64,000 bases of DNA from Okamejei kenojei (lineage: Eukaryota), in the NCBI GenBank assembly GCA_035221665.1, contig CM069155.1, positions 30,380,001 to 30,444,000 of the forward strand, written 5' to 3'. Both the position numbers and the translations under genes were made by a program. The notes below the pieces were generated by a model that saw only the letters and a list, made by a program, of their open reading frames with translations, was not told the origin of the DNA and searched no databases. The first letter of the stretch is position 1. Each line of letters opens with the position of its first letter. Shown in pieces: positions 13,261-26,395 of the stretch.

Positions 13261-14999
13261 CTCAAAACTGAAAATAACTGGAGTTTTTGAATTATTTTGG
13301 TATGAAATGCTTGCACACGCCTGTGCATTTATTTAATCTCGTCTTTTACGGGAGAAAATACATGCTGGAAACTAGGATACAAGTCAAGACACCGAAAGGT
13401 AAATTGGAGGGGGGTTAATGAAGCAAGTTCCACTAGGAATGATGTTTGGTCGTTTATAAACAATTAAATTGAATTCGCATTTTTGTTTTTGTATTGTTTA
13501 ACGGACAAGCTTGATTACCAATGGTATAAAATGTGATGTTTCAAGGAACCTTTTATTCGTGTAGTGTAGCTATGAGATGTCAGTTAAATTGATTATTGTA
13601 ATCGAAGCATTGGAATCCCGAACAAATTATGAGGCATTTCGCACACATGTGCTTGGAAATGTTTAAAGTCGCCTGGTAGCTTCAGCAGGGGTCCGCTAGA
13701 ACCCCGCAAGAAAAAACTCCCTAGAATCGTTTCCCCAGTGGATGCGCCAAGATTCAGCCCCAGTCGGTCACCAACGCGCCTCTGCAGCGCCGCAAAATCC
13801 TTATGCTTATGAAAACAAAATTTCGGAGTGGAATATCCTAAAGTAGTGCAAAAGTTCCAACTAAATTTATATATGCAACCAGCTGCAGAATACAAGTCAG
13901 AAACAATGGGTTATGCAGAATAAATTGGGGGTTCGCACCATAACCACTTAAAAAAACCGGTGGTATAATTTTTTTATTTATCTTGTAGAAATTATAAACG
14001 TGATTGGCTCGTTGTATTGATGCCTCATCGTGGCATTTCAGTTCATTGATTTTTTTTGGTGTGGCGTCAATGGTTAAATGATGGAAAAACGAGGTCCCAA
14101 AAGGTCTCCAAATCACGTTTCACCTTGTGTTGCTTTTTACATTCCTATGCCTGTGCCTCTTCTCCAGTTAGCGACTAACAAATAAGTATTTTGGTTCTGA
14201 TCAGCGGGACAAACCTGCCTGGCGCATCAGTAGAGGAGAAGCAACGGCATCTTTGCAAGGGAAGTTGGAAATACTCCCAAGACGGAAAACAACTGTGATT
14301 CCGTGAGGACCTTGCAGGATCGAAAGGTTAGTTGGTCAACGTTTAACATACGACACCGCTGTGCTCGGGTGACTAGTATCGGATATGAAGAACGGTCTCG
14401 ACCCGAAATGTCACATATCCATGTCCTCCCGGGATGCTGCCTGACCTGCTGAATTACCCCAGCCCTTTGTTTCCTTTCATCCACAAATGCTGTCTGACCG
14501 GCTGACTTCCTCCAGCCTTTTATTTTTTGCTCAAGATTCCAGCCTCGGAAATGTATTGTGTCGCAAAATATTGTGCAATGTGTTCTCTATTGAAATGTGT
14601 GCAATGGACTAGCTGCCTAGAAACCAAAGGATTATCTACTGAGCTGCAGCCGCGAGTGATATGTCTGTTCCCGCCAGGTGCACAGTCCTCGGTGATCCAA
14701 AGATATTGCAGAAATAGCAATAAATCCTCCCATCCTAAACGAAACTTTGAGACACAAGGAGCAAATGTTGAATATAATGTTATGACTCCTTCCTCCACAC
14801 CCCTCTCTCTCCCCCCACCCACTCACCCATCCCGCAGACGTGGCATCCTGTTCGACATTGCTAATTACCATTTTAAGATAAGCGCTCAACTTTTCAATTG
14901 TGTCTTCCTCACATCGACGTCTCTTTCACCGCCTAGTTTACAAGCTAACTTGTTACTTTCTTCCACATTCCCCACCCCTTCCACCCGCAGGTTATTACA

Positions 15000-15557
15000 A
15001 TGATGGGGCGGCGAGAAACGTTCCTTGTGTTTCTTTCCATGCTTCCGGCGGCGATCTTCCAGTGTCCAGAAACGTGCAACTGCACAGGGACCTCCGTGGA
15101 CTGCAGCGGTCAGGAGCTGAATGTCAGTACTCTTCCCAGGCGCTTTGTGAACACCATCACCGAAATCAGACTGAGCAACAACAAACTCTCTGCCATCCCC
15201 AACGGGCTCTTCGACACTCTGCATCACCTGAGGTCCGTGTCGTTGGACAATAACCCATGGGCATGCGATTGCGATATTTTATACCTGAGATCATGGCTTC
15301 TGAAACAAGAAGACCGATCCCCGTACAAACACCTGACGTGCTCCTCGCCCGCGGAGCTTCAGAGCAGGCGCATACTGTATTTAACCGAAGATGAAGTGAT
15401 CGCTACGTGTGACGACTGGTACTGTCGCATTGTTCTCATCTGTCAGATTGGACTGGTCGCCTTTATCGTCATCCAGGCTATTCTTCTGATATTCGTTATA
15501 AGGTTTTTGAGGAGATTTGAGGCTCTTTCCGAAGAGGCCATTCGGTCGTCAAAGTAA
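15000..15557 (+). CDS. GP1BB: Platelet/thrombocyte glycoprotein Ib beta chain, 185 aa (signal peptide, LRRNT, one LRR, LRRCT, TM)
   Basis: CPETCNCTGTSVDC, LSNNKLSAIPNGLFD, NPWACDC..LRSWL..PYKHLTC..P..L..R...YLTEDE...C and a hydrophobic TM segment. Lies directly downstream of SEPTIN5, as in mammals. Acceptor ccacccgcag ends at 14990. Confidence 0.9.
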   Translation: MMGRRETFLVFLSMLPAAIFQCPETCNCTGTSVDCSGQELNVSTLPRRFVNTITEIRLSNNKLSAIPNGLFDTLHHLRSVSLDNNPWACDCDILYLRSWLLKQEDRSPYKHLTCSSPAELQSRRILYLTEDEVIATCDDWYCRIVLICQIGLVAFIVIQAILLIFVIRFLRRFEALSEEAIRSSK

Positions 15558-15719
15558 ATTCGTCTTCACACGGACTGCCATCGACTCAGCCAATTGAAAA
15601 CCCTTTATCCGATCAGCACTCTTGACCGACCACCCGCGATTTCCATCAGCCGAAAAAAAGCCTCTTGGTTTAAATGCGCCGACGCTGGAATTCTGCGTTG
15701 CTGTTCTTTATACTTTTGA

Positions 15720-15975
15720 AGTTTAGACTTGAGAGATACAGCGCGGAAACAGGCCCTTCCGCTCAGGAGTCCGCGCCGACTAACCCGCACACTAGTTATA
15801 TCCTACACACTAGGGACAATTTACAATTTTACCGAAGCCAATTAACCTGCAAACCTGGAGTGTGGGAGAAAACCGTTGCACCCGGACAAACCCCACGCGG
15901 TCACAGAGAGAACGTACTGACAGGATCGATCTCTGGCGCTGCGAGGCAGCAACTCTGTCACGGCGCCACTGGGCC
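15720..15975 (-). mobile_element. HE1-like SINE in the GP1BB 3' region
   Basis: Same family core and tail as the 8421 copy. Confidence 0.75.
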
Positions 15976-18299
15976 GCCCTTCTTTCACCTCGTCCGATCG
16001 CTTGGCGGAAAATTCCTGCGGAAATGTAAAACAAATGACATCACCAATGCTGATGCAAAAACCATGAATACGTTAGCGAGTTTTAGCGCCCACTTCTAAT
16101 ATTGTCACCGAGGATTATCATTCACCGAGGATGACTTGCGCTACGATGTGATCAATGTAAAATATTTCAAGATTACAATTCTTTTCAACAACTTGATATT
16201 AAAGTACGGGTTAAGTAAACGCTGGCATTACGTTTATTATGATTGATACAAAGTGCATCAAGATGCAGACGAGAAATCACCAGTGATGCATCCACAAAGG
16301 AATCAAGTGCCGATGACTGTTAAAAATGAAATTCCATTGCGGCAGTCAATGTCATTTACACAACAATGAAAGTGATGCGAATAACGTTGTATGTCATTTA
16401 ACCTCTTTACAGTCGGATTTCTTCAATCAAAACACAAAGTGTTGGAGTAACTCAGCGGGCTGGGCAGCATCTGCGGAGGGAAATAGGCGACGTTCCGGAT
16501 TTCCCTCACGTTTCCAGCATCTGCATTTCATTGTACTTCAGTGTTATTTTTAACTGTTATTTTAAAACCGGGATACTTAAATTAATATCTCAAAATGTAT
16601 CGCATGTAATGTTCGAATGCAATTGCTTTCAGTTGTGTTTAGCCAAAAAAGGATCTACTAATGAAATCCTGAAATCACGCTATATTTAGCAGAGAACGCC
16701 TGACATTCATCGTAGGTCTGGCAGCATCTATGGGGAGAAAACGACTTAACGATTCTGATCAACGTGGCGACTTGCATCGCCTGTCTCAAAATGGCGATGC
16801 AAGTCGCCGACTTGCCACGTTATCTCTTTCCCTCCTCTTTGCTGTTTCTAGTTCAGATATCCAGCCATCTGCATTGTTTTGCTTTCACACTCTAACCACG
16901 AAATTGTGATTTAATTGAGATGTATTCAATATCAATAAAAACTCATCATTTTGAAATAGCTGCATCATTAAATTAATGAATGGGAAAATGTTATAACTGT
17001 AATGTGAGGTAATTGATTAAAGTGATTAGTAATCTATCAGGTTACTGTATTGATTTACTTTGGTGACGAGTTAATGATGAAGGGGACATTATATTAACAA
17101 ATCCCATCTGGGCGAAAATAATTGACTACACATAAAAAACAAAACTTGGTTGATTTCCTATACAATAGAGGAAGACTGTCTGGGTATTTCCAAATAAAAT
17201 TAATAACAATGGCAATGCTTGCTTCCAAATTTCCTACACAACAATTTCTCATGTTCTTGAGCACCTTCCAGAGGGATGGTATAATTTATATTAAATAGGT
17301 CTGGCATAGCTGAACAGGAAAACTTCTTTGCTGTTTTTTGCTCTTTCACCATTTCTCGTAAATTCTGTTAGTTTGGTTTTCCCATTTCCGTCCTTCTCAA
17401 TATTCCCTACATTTCCCATTAAAAAAAAATCAATTTGGCCTCTCTTTAAAAAAAAAAATCAGAAATGAGAAAGTTTAGATTGCTCAAGTTTCCACAGCCT
17501 TTCTCTGGGGTGGATATTCGGCGTGTCTGCTGCTGGGTTGGGTATCACGGGTAAACATGGTCATGGTGATGCTGTTTTCAGGTTTAAATTACCAGTCTAA
17601 TGGTGTGAAGGCGAGTTAGCTAAATTCACTCCTAAATGACAGAACTCCTATTCTTATATTGTTCTCCCTTCTAGATGACCGTTACTGGAAATAGTTTATC
17701 TGTATCTTTTTAGAATTCCTTATAATTCGGTTACATCACTTTTCGCCCTTTTGATCTTACCGTGACATAAAGTGTGCATTTGCAAGCTTCCCTCATAACT
17801 GGACCGATAAAAAATGTGAATAAACACAGAGCATGTCGGAAACACGCAGCAGGCCAGGCAGCGCTTGTGAAAAGAGAACAGTTACTGTTCCAGATCGGAG
17901 TCCCTTCGTCAAGGGATTAAGGGATAAGGAAACAGGAGAGACACTCAAGGGCAGAAATGGTGTGACATTTAATCCTAAAACAGTTGCGGGTCCCTTCCAA
18001 CTTTTTTCGTTAAGGATGTAGCCATACAGCATAAAAAAACAGGTCCATCGGCCGAACGAGCCCGCACCGATCAAAAACCAACCTTGCTACACTAAACCTG
18101 ATTAATGTCATTTTTTATTCTTCCAACATTTTCAGCAATTCCTCCCAGATTGTGCCGCTCAATCCTGGGATGAGAGGGTGTCCGATCATGAGCTACTCAA
18201 TAAACTAGACCAATGTTCTTTGTAGTTTATAAGAATAATGGATGATCTTACTGAATATGTATGATCCTTCAGGGGACATGACATGGCAGATTTAAACTT

Positions 18300-18475
18300 T
18301 AGTCTTTATACATTAGAGATAGGGATACAGCGCAGAAACGGCCCACGTGTCCGCACCGACCAGCGATCACAACGTGCACTACTTCTATCCTAAACACTAG
18401 GGACAGTTTACAATTTTACCGAAGCCAATTAACCTCCAAACCTGTCCGTCTTTGGAGTGTGGGAGGAAACCGAAA
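18300..18475 (-). mobile_element. HE1-like SINE, partial
   Basis: Core gaagccaattaacct...ggagtgtgggaggaaaccg. Confidence 0.7.
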
Positions 18476-18806
18476 ATGGATTTTGCAAGGTCAATGGACT
18501 GAAGACTGGGAGGAGTTGTTGAAACTGGAAAGGAAGAGGGTTGAGGCTTGGGATAATCAGTCATGGTCATATTGCATCGCGGGGCAGGGTTGAAACGTCA
18601 CGAGCCCTGCCTCTGCTTCTATTTCTTATGTTCTTTTGCCTCCAACATTCTGTATAAAGTCCACGGCATCTGTGATAAATTGCATCAAATAGTACTGTTG
18701 TAAATAAATGTTCTGCAATTTAACTTCAAACATCCGAATGACATCAATTTTATGTTTATCTGGGTTGTATATTTCTTCTTCGTGGATGAAGATAGGTTTG
18801 TCCAAT

Positions 18807-19190
18807 ATTCTTACAAAATTCTTAAGGGGTTGGACAGGCTAGATGCAGGAAGATTGTTCCCGATGTTGGGGAAGTCCAGGACAAGGGGTCACAGCTTAAG
18901 GATAAGGTGGAAATCCTTTAAGACCGAGATGAGAAAGACTTTTTTCACACAGAGAGTGGTGAGTCTCTGGAACTCTCTGCCACAGAGGGTAGTTGAGGCC
19001 AGTTCATTGGCTATATTTAAGAGTGAGTTGGATGTGGCCCTTGTGGCTAAGGGGATCAGAGGGTATGGAGAGAAGGCAGGTACGGGATACTGAGTTGGAT
19101 GATCAGCCATGATCATATTGAATGGCGGTGCAGGCTCGAAGGGCTGAATGGCCTACTCCTGCACCTAATTTCTATGTTTCTATGTTTCTA
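18807..19190 (+). mobile_element. Young CR1 LINE 3' end
   Basis: YKILKGLDRLDAGRLFP..GIRGYGEKAG with an intact 3' tail; nearly identical to 60180-60550 on the opposite strand. Confidence 0.9.
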
Positions 19191-20854
19191 TTCGGTAATC
19201 CAGTCGTTGTAATGGTGGGACCCACGAAGAATCACTGAGATATATTTCGAAGAAGCCCTCAGGTAACAATGTGATCATAGATTCAATGCAGAGTTTAAAT
19301 GCAGAGTTTATCTGTATATTTAATTGCAATGTTTAAATGCAGGGTTTATATATATTATGCTGTAATAATTAAGCCCAAGCTAAAAATGAGCATGCATCTC
19401 ATTTAACAAATCCATCTTATTGGAATAAGCAGATTTTTGCGCATAAATGCTTCTGACTTGCATTACACTTTTTGTAAGGAAGCATTTCCATTTATTACCC
19501 AGGTAATATTGAGACTCTCCCTCAAATTCTTTCAACTCCTTAATCTCCTTCACTCCACAATTGCATCATCCTTTTACTTCCCTGCAACATATTCTATACA
19601 TTCTATACCCATAATGTAACTATTTTAAACCCATTACCATTCTATTGACTCTCCTGCAATGAACACATCCCCTAAATCCTCCCGTGAGTTAAAATGGATT
19701 ATTTCAGTGCCACACCATTTCCCACTCGTCATGTCCATGGACGTTCTTATATACGTTTCCTCTTTCATTGTGATCTATTGGGTTTCCTAAACTAAACTAC
19801 TTTATTACCAGCAACAAACATTGTCTTCTCTCACCCAAACAATTCGCTTCTGTGACGAATAGTTAACGGTTCCAATACAGACTATTAAGAAATAGCATCC
19901 TATTGCCCACGTCCACTATCTCGAACCTTGACTCTCTTCTCGGCTGTTCGTATGTTAAGGCTCGCTGATAATTATGTGTGTCATCCACAGTAAATACTTG
20001 GGAACGCCCACTAACTTCATTCTCTAACTTGTTGAATCTGGTACCCAAAGCAACCTGAACAACTTTTTGCTGTCCCGTTGACATGGCGCTGAGACGTCGC
20101 TGTAGGTGATTGCTAACACCACAACAAAACTGAAAAACTGGGAGGGAAAATAATTCCTAACCCATTCCCATTGAAGGTTGGAAGATAAAGTCAAGCACCC
20201 CAATCTTGGATACCCAATAAAATAAACAGACAAAAGAAGCATTCCACTCAAAACTTTACTTTCCTCATTCCAGCTTCACCCTAGAGTAAAACTATCAGTT
20301 GGCCACTTCTTGCAGGCTAACATTGCAGGGTTTGATTTGTGCTAGGCAATCCTGACACCGCGATATGCTGGAAAATGTAGAAAAAATTTACATGATTTTG
20401 TTCAAGCTGACATGAAGAAGTAATATTAAATTAAATATTAAATATTTAAATATTTATTAAATATTAATATTAAAATAAACACTCTTCAATCTGTGGAATC
20501 TACAAATCAATAGATCTGTAGATGATACAACAAACCCATGGCGTTTCTAAGATTGGGATTTGGATTAAGTGTTATGGATTTAAAATGATAAATCTATGTC
20601 TTTATCTCGTCAGCGCAATTGGCTTATTTGTTGAATACTGTCAACATTATCCGATTTTGTTTCATGTTTCCACTTGCACAGGTTTTGCATGATACAAAGG
20701 AACAAATAGATACTGTAGCAGAATTAAATGTAATATGGAACGAGGATTTTCCTGTGAATCATAAATCATAAACTGATAGGTGGAATGGGCAAAGCACGAA
20801 GTGCTGGAGCAACTCGGTAACTCAGAGCATTCTATTTTATTATTTTTATATTAT

Positions 20855-21244
20855 TTATCATCGTTGAAAACAGTAGCGACGCAGTGGTGCTGGTTTCCGA
20901 GGGAGCGGTGACGGATGCACCACACAGCCCTGTCCCCCAGTTCCTGTGGACTTCCGCCGCTGGAAGAATATGATTTTGGTTTGTGTGCTTTATCGTAATT
21001 CCTTACAATGCTATGTTCGACAGTGATCGCAACTGCTACTGAAGTGTGGATGGCCGTTGGCTCGCTGGAATCTCATCCGCCCTTTGACAGGTCTTGTTTT
21101 TGCTCCTGCTGGGGGTCCACAACCCCCTCCTCACTTGGCAATCCAGGTGGGGGAGACGGTTTAGTCGCCGACTATCCGACCATGGAGCAAATAGTACGGG
21201 ATTACATGGTACCTGGGGCGGGGGAACTCCCCCCGACCTGACCT
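20855..21244 (-). repeat. ~390-bp dispersed repeat, copy B (possibly an RTE-derived non-autonomous element)
   Basis: Homologous along its length to 28541-28930 in inverted orientation; inserted within a Penelope-like repeat. Confidence 0.7.
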
Positions 21245-21337
21245 AATCTCTGAAGAACATGAATAGGCGATGTTTCGGGTCTGGGCCCGTCTTCAGACCG
21301 ACTGAAGTGGGGGTGGGGCGTGGGGGTGGGGGGGGGT

Positions 21338-21373
<36 letters not shown>

Positions 21374-21547
21374 GGGGGGGGGGGGGGGGGGCGGGGCGGT
21401 AATAATGGAAAAATAGGTGAGGGGTGGGGGTGGCAGAGTCTTTCGAAATGACAGATGGATGCAGGAAGGGCTTTTATTGGTTTGATGGCCAGTGATATCA
21501 GTGATAAAAAAGTGACAATGGGTAAGTAGAGAAGAACAGTGAAATAA

Positions 21548-22326
21548 CCATATAACAACCATATAACAATTACAGCACGGCGACAGGCCCTCTCGGCCCT
21601 TCCAGTCCGTGCCGACCATTTGTTTTCCCCTAGTCACATCTACCTGCACTCAGACCATACCCCTCCATTCCCTTCACGTCCATATACCTATCCACTTTAC
21701 TTTTAAATGTTAAAATCGATCCTGCCTCCACCACCTCTGCTGGAAGCTCATTCCACACAGCCACCACCCTCTGAGTAAAGAAGTTCCCCCTCACGTTACC
21801 CCTAAACTTCTGTCCCTTAATTCTCATGTCATGCCCTCTTGTTTGAATCTTCCCTACCCTCAATGGGAAAAGCTTATCCACGTCAACTCTGTCTATCCCT
21901 TTCATCATTTTAAAGACCTCAATCAAGTCCCCCCTTAACCTTCTGCGCTCCAAAGAATAAAGACCTAACTTGTTCAACCTTTCTCTGTAACATAGTTGCT
22001 GGAACCCTGGCAACATTCTAGTAAATCTCCTCTGTACTCTCTCTATTTTGTTGACATCCTTCCTATAAGTAGGCGACCAAAATTGTACACCATACTCCAG
22101 AATTGGTCTTACCAATGCCTTGTACAATTTTAACATTACTTCCCTACTCCTATATTCAATGCTATGATTTATAAAGGCCAGCACACCAAAGGCTTTCTTT
22201 ACCACCCTATCTACATGCGATTCCACCTTCAGGGAACTATGCACAGTTATTCCTAGATCCCTCTGTTCCACAGCATTCCTCAATTCCCTACCATTTACCA
22301 TGTAATTCCCTACCATTTACCATGTA
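21548..22326 (-). mobile_element. CR1 LINE 3' portion (second subfamily, atatggtt tail)
   Basis: 228-aa open frame RDLGITV..LYKALVRPILEYGVQFWSP..GNFFTQRVVAVWNELP; ~22-nt tandem duplication at its 5' junction. Confidence 0.9.
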
Positions 22327-23926
22327 GAAGTGTGAAGTCTGAGGTAGAGATATAGCTGAAAGGAGACGGGGGGAAGGGAAGCAGAATGTAGAAAAAAGAA
22401 AACGTAGAATGGGCTGAAAATGCAACGTAATTGCATTGAATATTTATATCTGGTATGATATATACATGCCTAATATGAGAAAGAAAGTCTGTAACTAACC
22501 ATTTGTATTTAATGTTGAAATATGTCCACCATTTCTGGTCAAACCAAAATATTGGTTTTCTTAATTTCATGAGAAATATCGAATAGTTTACATTCTGGTA
22601 AATACCTAAGGATCGCGTAATGCCGAAGGTAACAACAGCTGAATACAAATCCACAATCTGAATCTCTACACATTCCTGTTCAGATGACGCCAACCTTGAT
22701 TTGTAATCAAAGGACACAAAGTGCTGGAGTAACTCGTCGGGTCAGGCAACATCTCTGGAGAGCATGAATAGGTGACGTTACGGGTCGAGACTCATCATCA
22801 GACTGATTGTATTGGGGGGGGGGGGGGGGGGGTGTAGAGAAAGCTGGGAGAAAGCAGGAGAGGCAGGACAACGCGTGGCAAGTAACTGGTGGACACAGGC
22901 AAGGGAGTCTTTGATAGGCCGATAGTTGGAATAAAGGCCAGAGATTAAAACAAAAGGTGTGAGACAGAAGAATTGAAGAGTTACGAATTGTGAAGCCAGA
23001 GGAAGGAATGTAGGAAGATGTGGAGGAGGAGGGGGAGATGGGTGCTCGTGTAGCTGAGGCACAGGGATAGCGCGGTGTGAGGGAGAAAGTGGGAGTATTA
23101 ATGAATTCACGAATTTTAGATAACCTCTAACCCCCCTCCCCTCACACGTTCTGCCCCTCCACCGTTTCGCCCCCTCCCTTCCCTGTACCCCACCTGGACT
23201 CGCACCTATTTCTCTCCATCATCTGCCTATCCAAATCCACCCTAGTTTGTGTCCATCCGTCACATCCCACGCTCTGTCTACCTCCCCTCTCTCCCAGTCC
23301 CCGCACCCCCAACTACAATCAGTCTGAATAAGGCTCCCGACCCGAAGCCAGGAAAATGAAGAGCCATTAGTGAATAAGGCAGTAAACGAAAATGAATTGC
23401 GAACCGCGCCGTTTATCTGAAAAAAACCGAGACACTCTTTGTGTATGGAAGGGGAAATTAACGCAAACCAACAAAGAGCATTACGCAGATAATAACACTG
23501 TGGTTGCGCAGGGAAACTCTGGTTGCTCAGGAAAAGGGCTTCATGGACTGCACGTGGCTGATTTCTTGCTAGGAGCCCCGAAACTCGCTACCCGCTCCCC
23601 CAACCCCCGGCTCTAGATCCATGCTCCCAGAGACCCCCACCCTCTGGTTCCATCTGCCCATCCTCCGTCCATTATATGGCTGCATCTTAATTTGCTCTTA
23701 TTCTCTGCATGAATTTATCAGCTAAGCAAATGCACCACGTGTCCTGATTCTAGTGATAATGGTCATATTTCCACGATATGAAATCAACCGGGCTCCATTG
23801 TAAACACACATTGCCCGACTTATCACTCACCAGCATCGTAAACATGAATGTGAATTCAGCACATTTTCAATTTTGTGAGAGATATCAAAAATACAGGAGA
23901 AATATGGACCCGGTGATAATAAAGGT

Positions 23927-23932
23927 TTTATT
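23927..23932 (-). promoter_or_regulatory. Candidate poly(A) signal, IgL cluster 1
   Basis: tttatt on + (AATAAA on -), about 180 nt after the C-exon stop. Confidence 0.55.
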
Positions 23933-24109
23933 ACTTTGCCAGAAAGATACATTGATGGTTTTAACTTCAGAATGAACCAAATTGTGAGAATCGTAAAACT
24001 TAACGTACAACCTTTCTCATTGAAGCTGTATTAGACAAAACTTTTAGTAATTGTCTAACGATGATACACATTTTTAAGGAAGCAAAACAGAATACACAAA
24101 CTGCTTGGA

Positions 24110-24432
24110 TTACATGCAGCCGGATCTGGCGATGTTTTCATGCAGCGGGCTTGCCAGAGCCTCGTGTTTAACCACACAGGAGTAAAGCTCGTATGAGTTC
24201 CAGACTGGGGCTGACAGAGTCAGGTAACTGCTCGCACTGAACGTGTTGTCCGCCTCCTGCTGGACCCGGCTGGTCTCAACGCCATCACTTCTCGCACTGC
24301 CGTCCACAGTCCACTTAATGTCCACAACGCCCGGATTAAACCCGCTCACTAAACACACCAGGGTGGCGCTGTTTTTCCCCGAGATTTCGGCCTCCGAAGG
24401 TGCGAGGACTGACACCGCGGGGGATCGCGGAC
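24110..24432 (-). CDS. IGLC: Ig light chain type II (lambda) constant exon, cluster 1
   Basis: SPRSPAVSVL..ATLVCLVSGFNPG..W..TFSASSYLTL..WNS.ELYSCVVKHE..IARSGCM*; C1-set Cys/Trp and penultimate Cys present; acceptor tttctattttcag, phase 1. Confidence 0.95.
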
Positions 24433-25679
24433 CTGAAAATAGAAACAAGTGCAGGAAGGTGATGAACATCAACGTCTGAATCAAATTGCCCCTTTCTTCT
24501 GTTATTCTACAAATGGAAAATTTTCAAACAGTTGTCGATGTTTGTCCACCAGAATTTCATTAAGGATGGGTGACGTTTCCGGTCGGGATCCTTTTTTAAA
24601 GCCGGTCCCAACCCGAAACGTCACCCATCCTTTTTCTCGAGAGATGCTGCCTGACCCGCTGAGTTACTCCAGCACTCCGTGCCCATCTTTGGCGGGGTAA
24701 AAACCGGCATCTACAGGTCCTTTCTACACAGAATTTCATCAATGCAATTTGCACTTTTACAGCCTGGAACTCTGGAAATAATACCGGACCACAGTTTGGA
24801 AAATAGCCTCTTTGTAATATGTATGAATTATAGATGTTTTATATAAGAAAATAATTCAAACTAATCCAATTTTTATATTTGAAACTATCGACTCCCTTCA
24901 AATACACTTTTATGTCTGTTTAGAATGCATTTCGGTGTTTAGGCCAGAAAAGATGGCTCTGAATAGATGGAAAACGTAAAAGAAAGAATCAAATTGGAAA
25001 CTGCCACGGTGTAATGTATTGGATGGTTTCAAGACTGACATCAAGACTGACACTCAATCTGACATCCGGCGATATGTGCATTTACATGGAACAGATCCAA
25101 AATTGAAATATATTTTCAACTGTTCTGTCTGCAACTAAGCTGCAATATTTAGTATCCATTTCACCATCAGTTGCGTTTGCTTCTTTCTGAATGAATTTCT
25201 ACACTAATATTGATGGGTGGCAAAATAAAGGTTGATTTTCGTGCTTTCTGGACAAATCACTGCCTCATTTTCTCAACTCCGCTGACCATTTCAGCCACGC
25301 TCTCGTAGAGTTCTAATATACAGAGTAAATATTTCACCACGAAGATACAGATACTTTTATGCACCATTTTTGTTCAGATCTACATTCTGTCTTTCCGAAA
25401 CAGCTCCTGGGTCAGAGAGTCACGAAACCAACTGCATGCATTTTCTAACGAAACAACAAACTCACATTTTCTAACGAAACAATAAACATATTCTTTATAT
25501 GAACCAATTCTAAATTCACTGCAATTCATAACATGAAGCCAAAAATGACCAAGCTGATATTTATCTATCATCCAAAACCGACTGAAGTACGCCTCCCTTC
25601 ATTTTTTCTGTTTGTTAGATATGTCTGCACCTAGGTTGGCTGTACTGTTTCCGACATCTTTAGAGTGACTGAACTTCAG

Positions 25680-25952
25680 AACTACTACTTTAGCTGCAAA
25701 GCGCATTATCATGCAATTGAATCATCCTACCACAACCAGAAAGCAGTGCTGAACTACCATGTACCTCTTTGGTGACTCTCGGACTATCCTCGATCGGACT
25801 TTGCCGGTTCTACCTTGCACTAAACGTTATTCCCTTACCATGTCCGCTGTAAATGGCTCGATTGAAACCATGTAGTCTTTCCGCTGACTGGATAGCACGC
25901 AACAAAAGCTCGTCATTGTACCTCGGGACACGTGACAATAAACTAAACTGAA
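25680..25952 (+). mobile_element. 3' end of a non-LTR retroelement or SINE (gtgacaataaactaaac tail)
   Basis: Terminus related to inverted sequence near 1830-1900; family not determined. Confidence 0.5.
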
Positions 25953-26395
25953 TGGTTTATACGAATGATCGACACAACATGCTGAAGTAACTTGGTGGGT
26001 CAACCAGCATCTCTGGAGACAAGGGATGGGTGACGGTGACGACTCGAAACGTCATTCAACATGTTTTTCTCTGGAGATGCTGACCGACCCGCAGCATGTT
26101 GTGTCTATCTGTGAAAAGATGAAACCGGGCAATAGGGGAAGATAGACATTTATTATTTCCAGTTTTTACGGCGTCCTTACTCTACTCCTGTCTCAACTTG
26201 TCTGCTGCCGAATCTATCATCAGGCCTTTGCCAGCCCTAGCCTTGTATTCCTCTGACTGCCTTCAAAGATAAATTCTCGCAGTTGTGGTTGTCTCTTAAT
26301 AAATGGCTTCTGGAACTCCTTCCAAACTTCAACAACTTTTATTATCTTGTGAACTATGTGTGTAGAGATTTTAAAATTGCACTGCACCAATCACT

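Noticed and set aside
14520-15253. Overlapping ORFs around the GP1BB start (14527-15003, 14886-15227, 14900-15253)
   Set aside because: Intronic, shadow or antisense frames with no protein motifs.
21307-21399. G-runs giving poly-Pro ORFs and G-quadruplex potential (also ~22813, ~31020, ~40000, ~41611)
   Set aside because: Low-complexity tracts, mostly inside repeats; lengths unreliable and no evidence of function.
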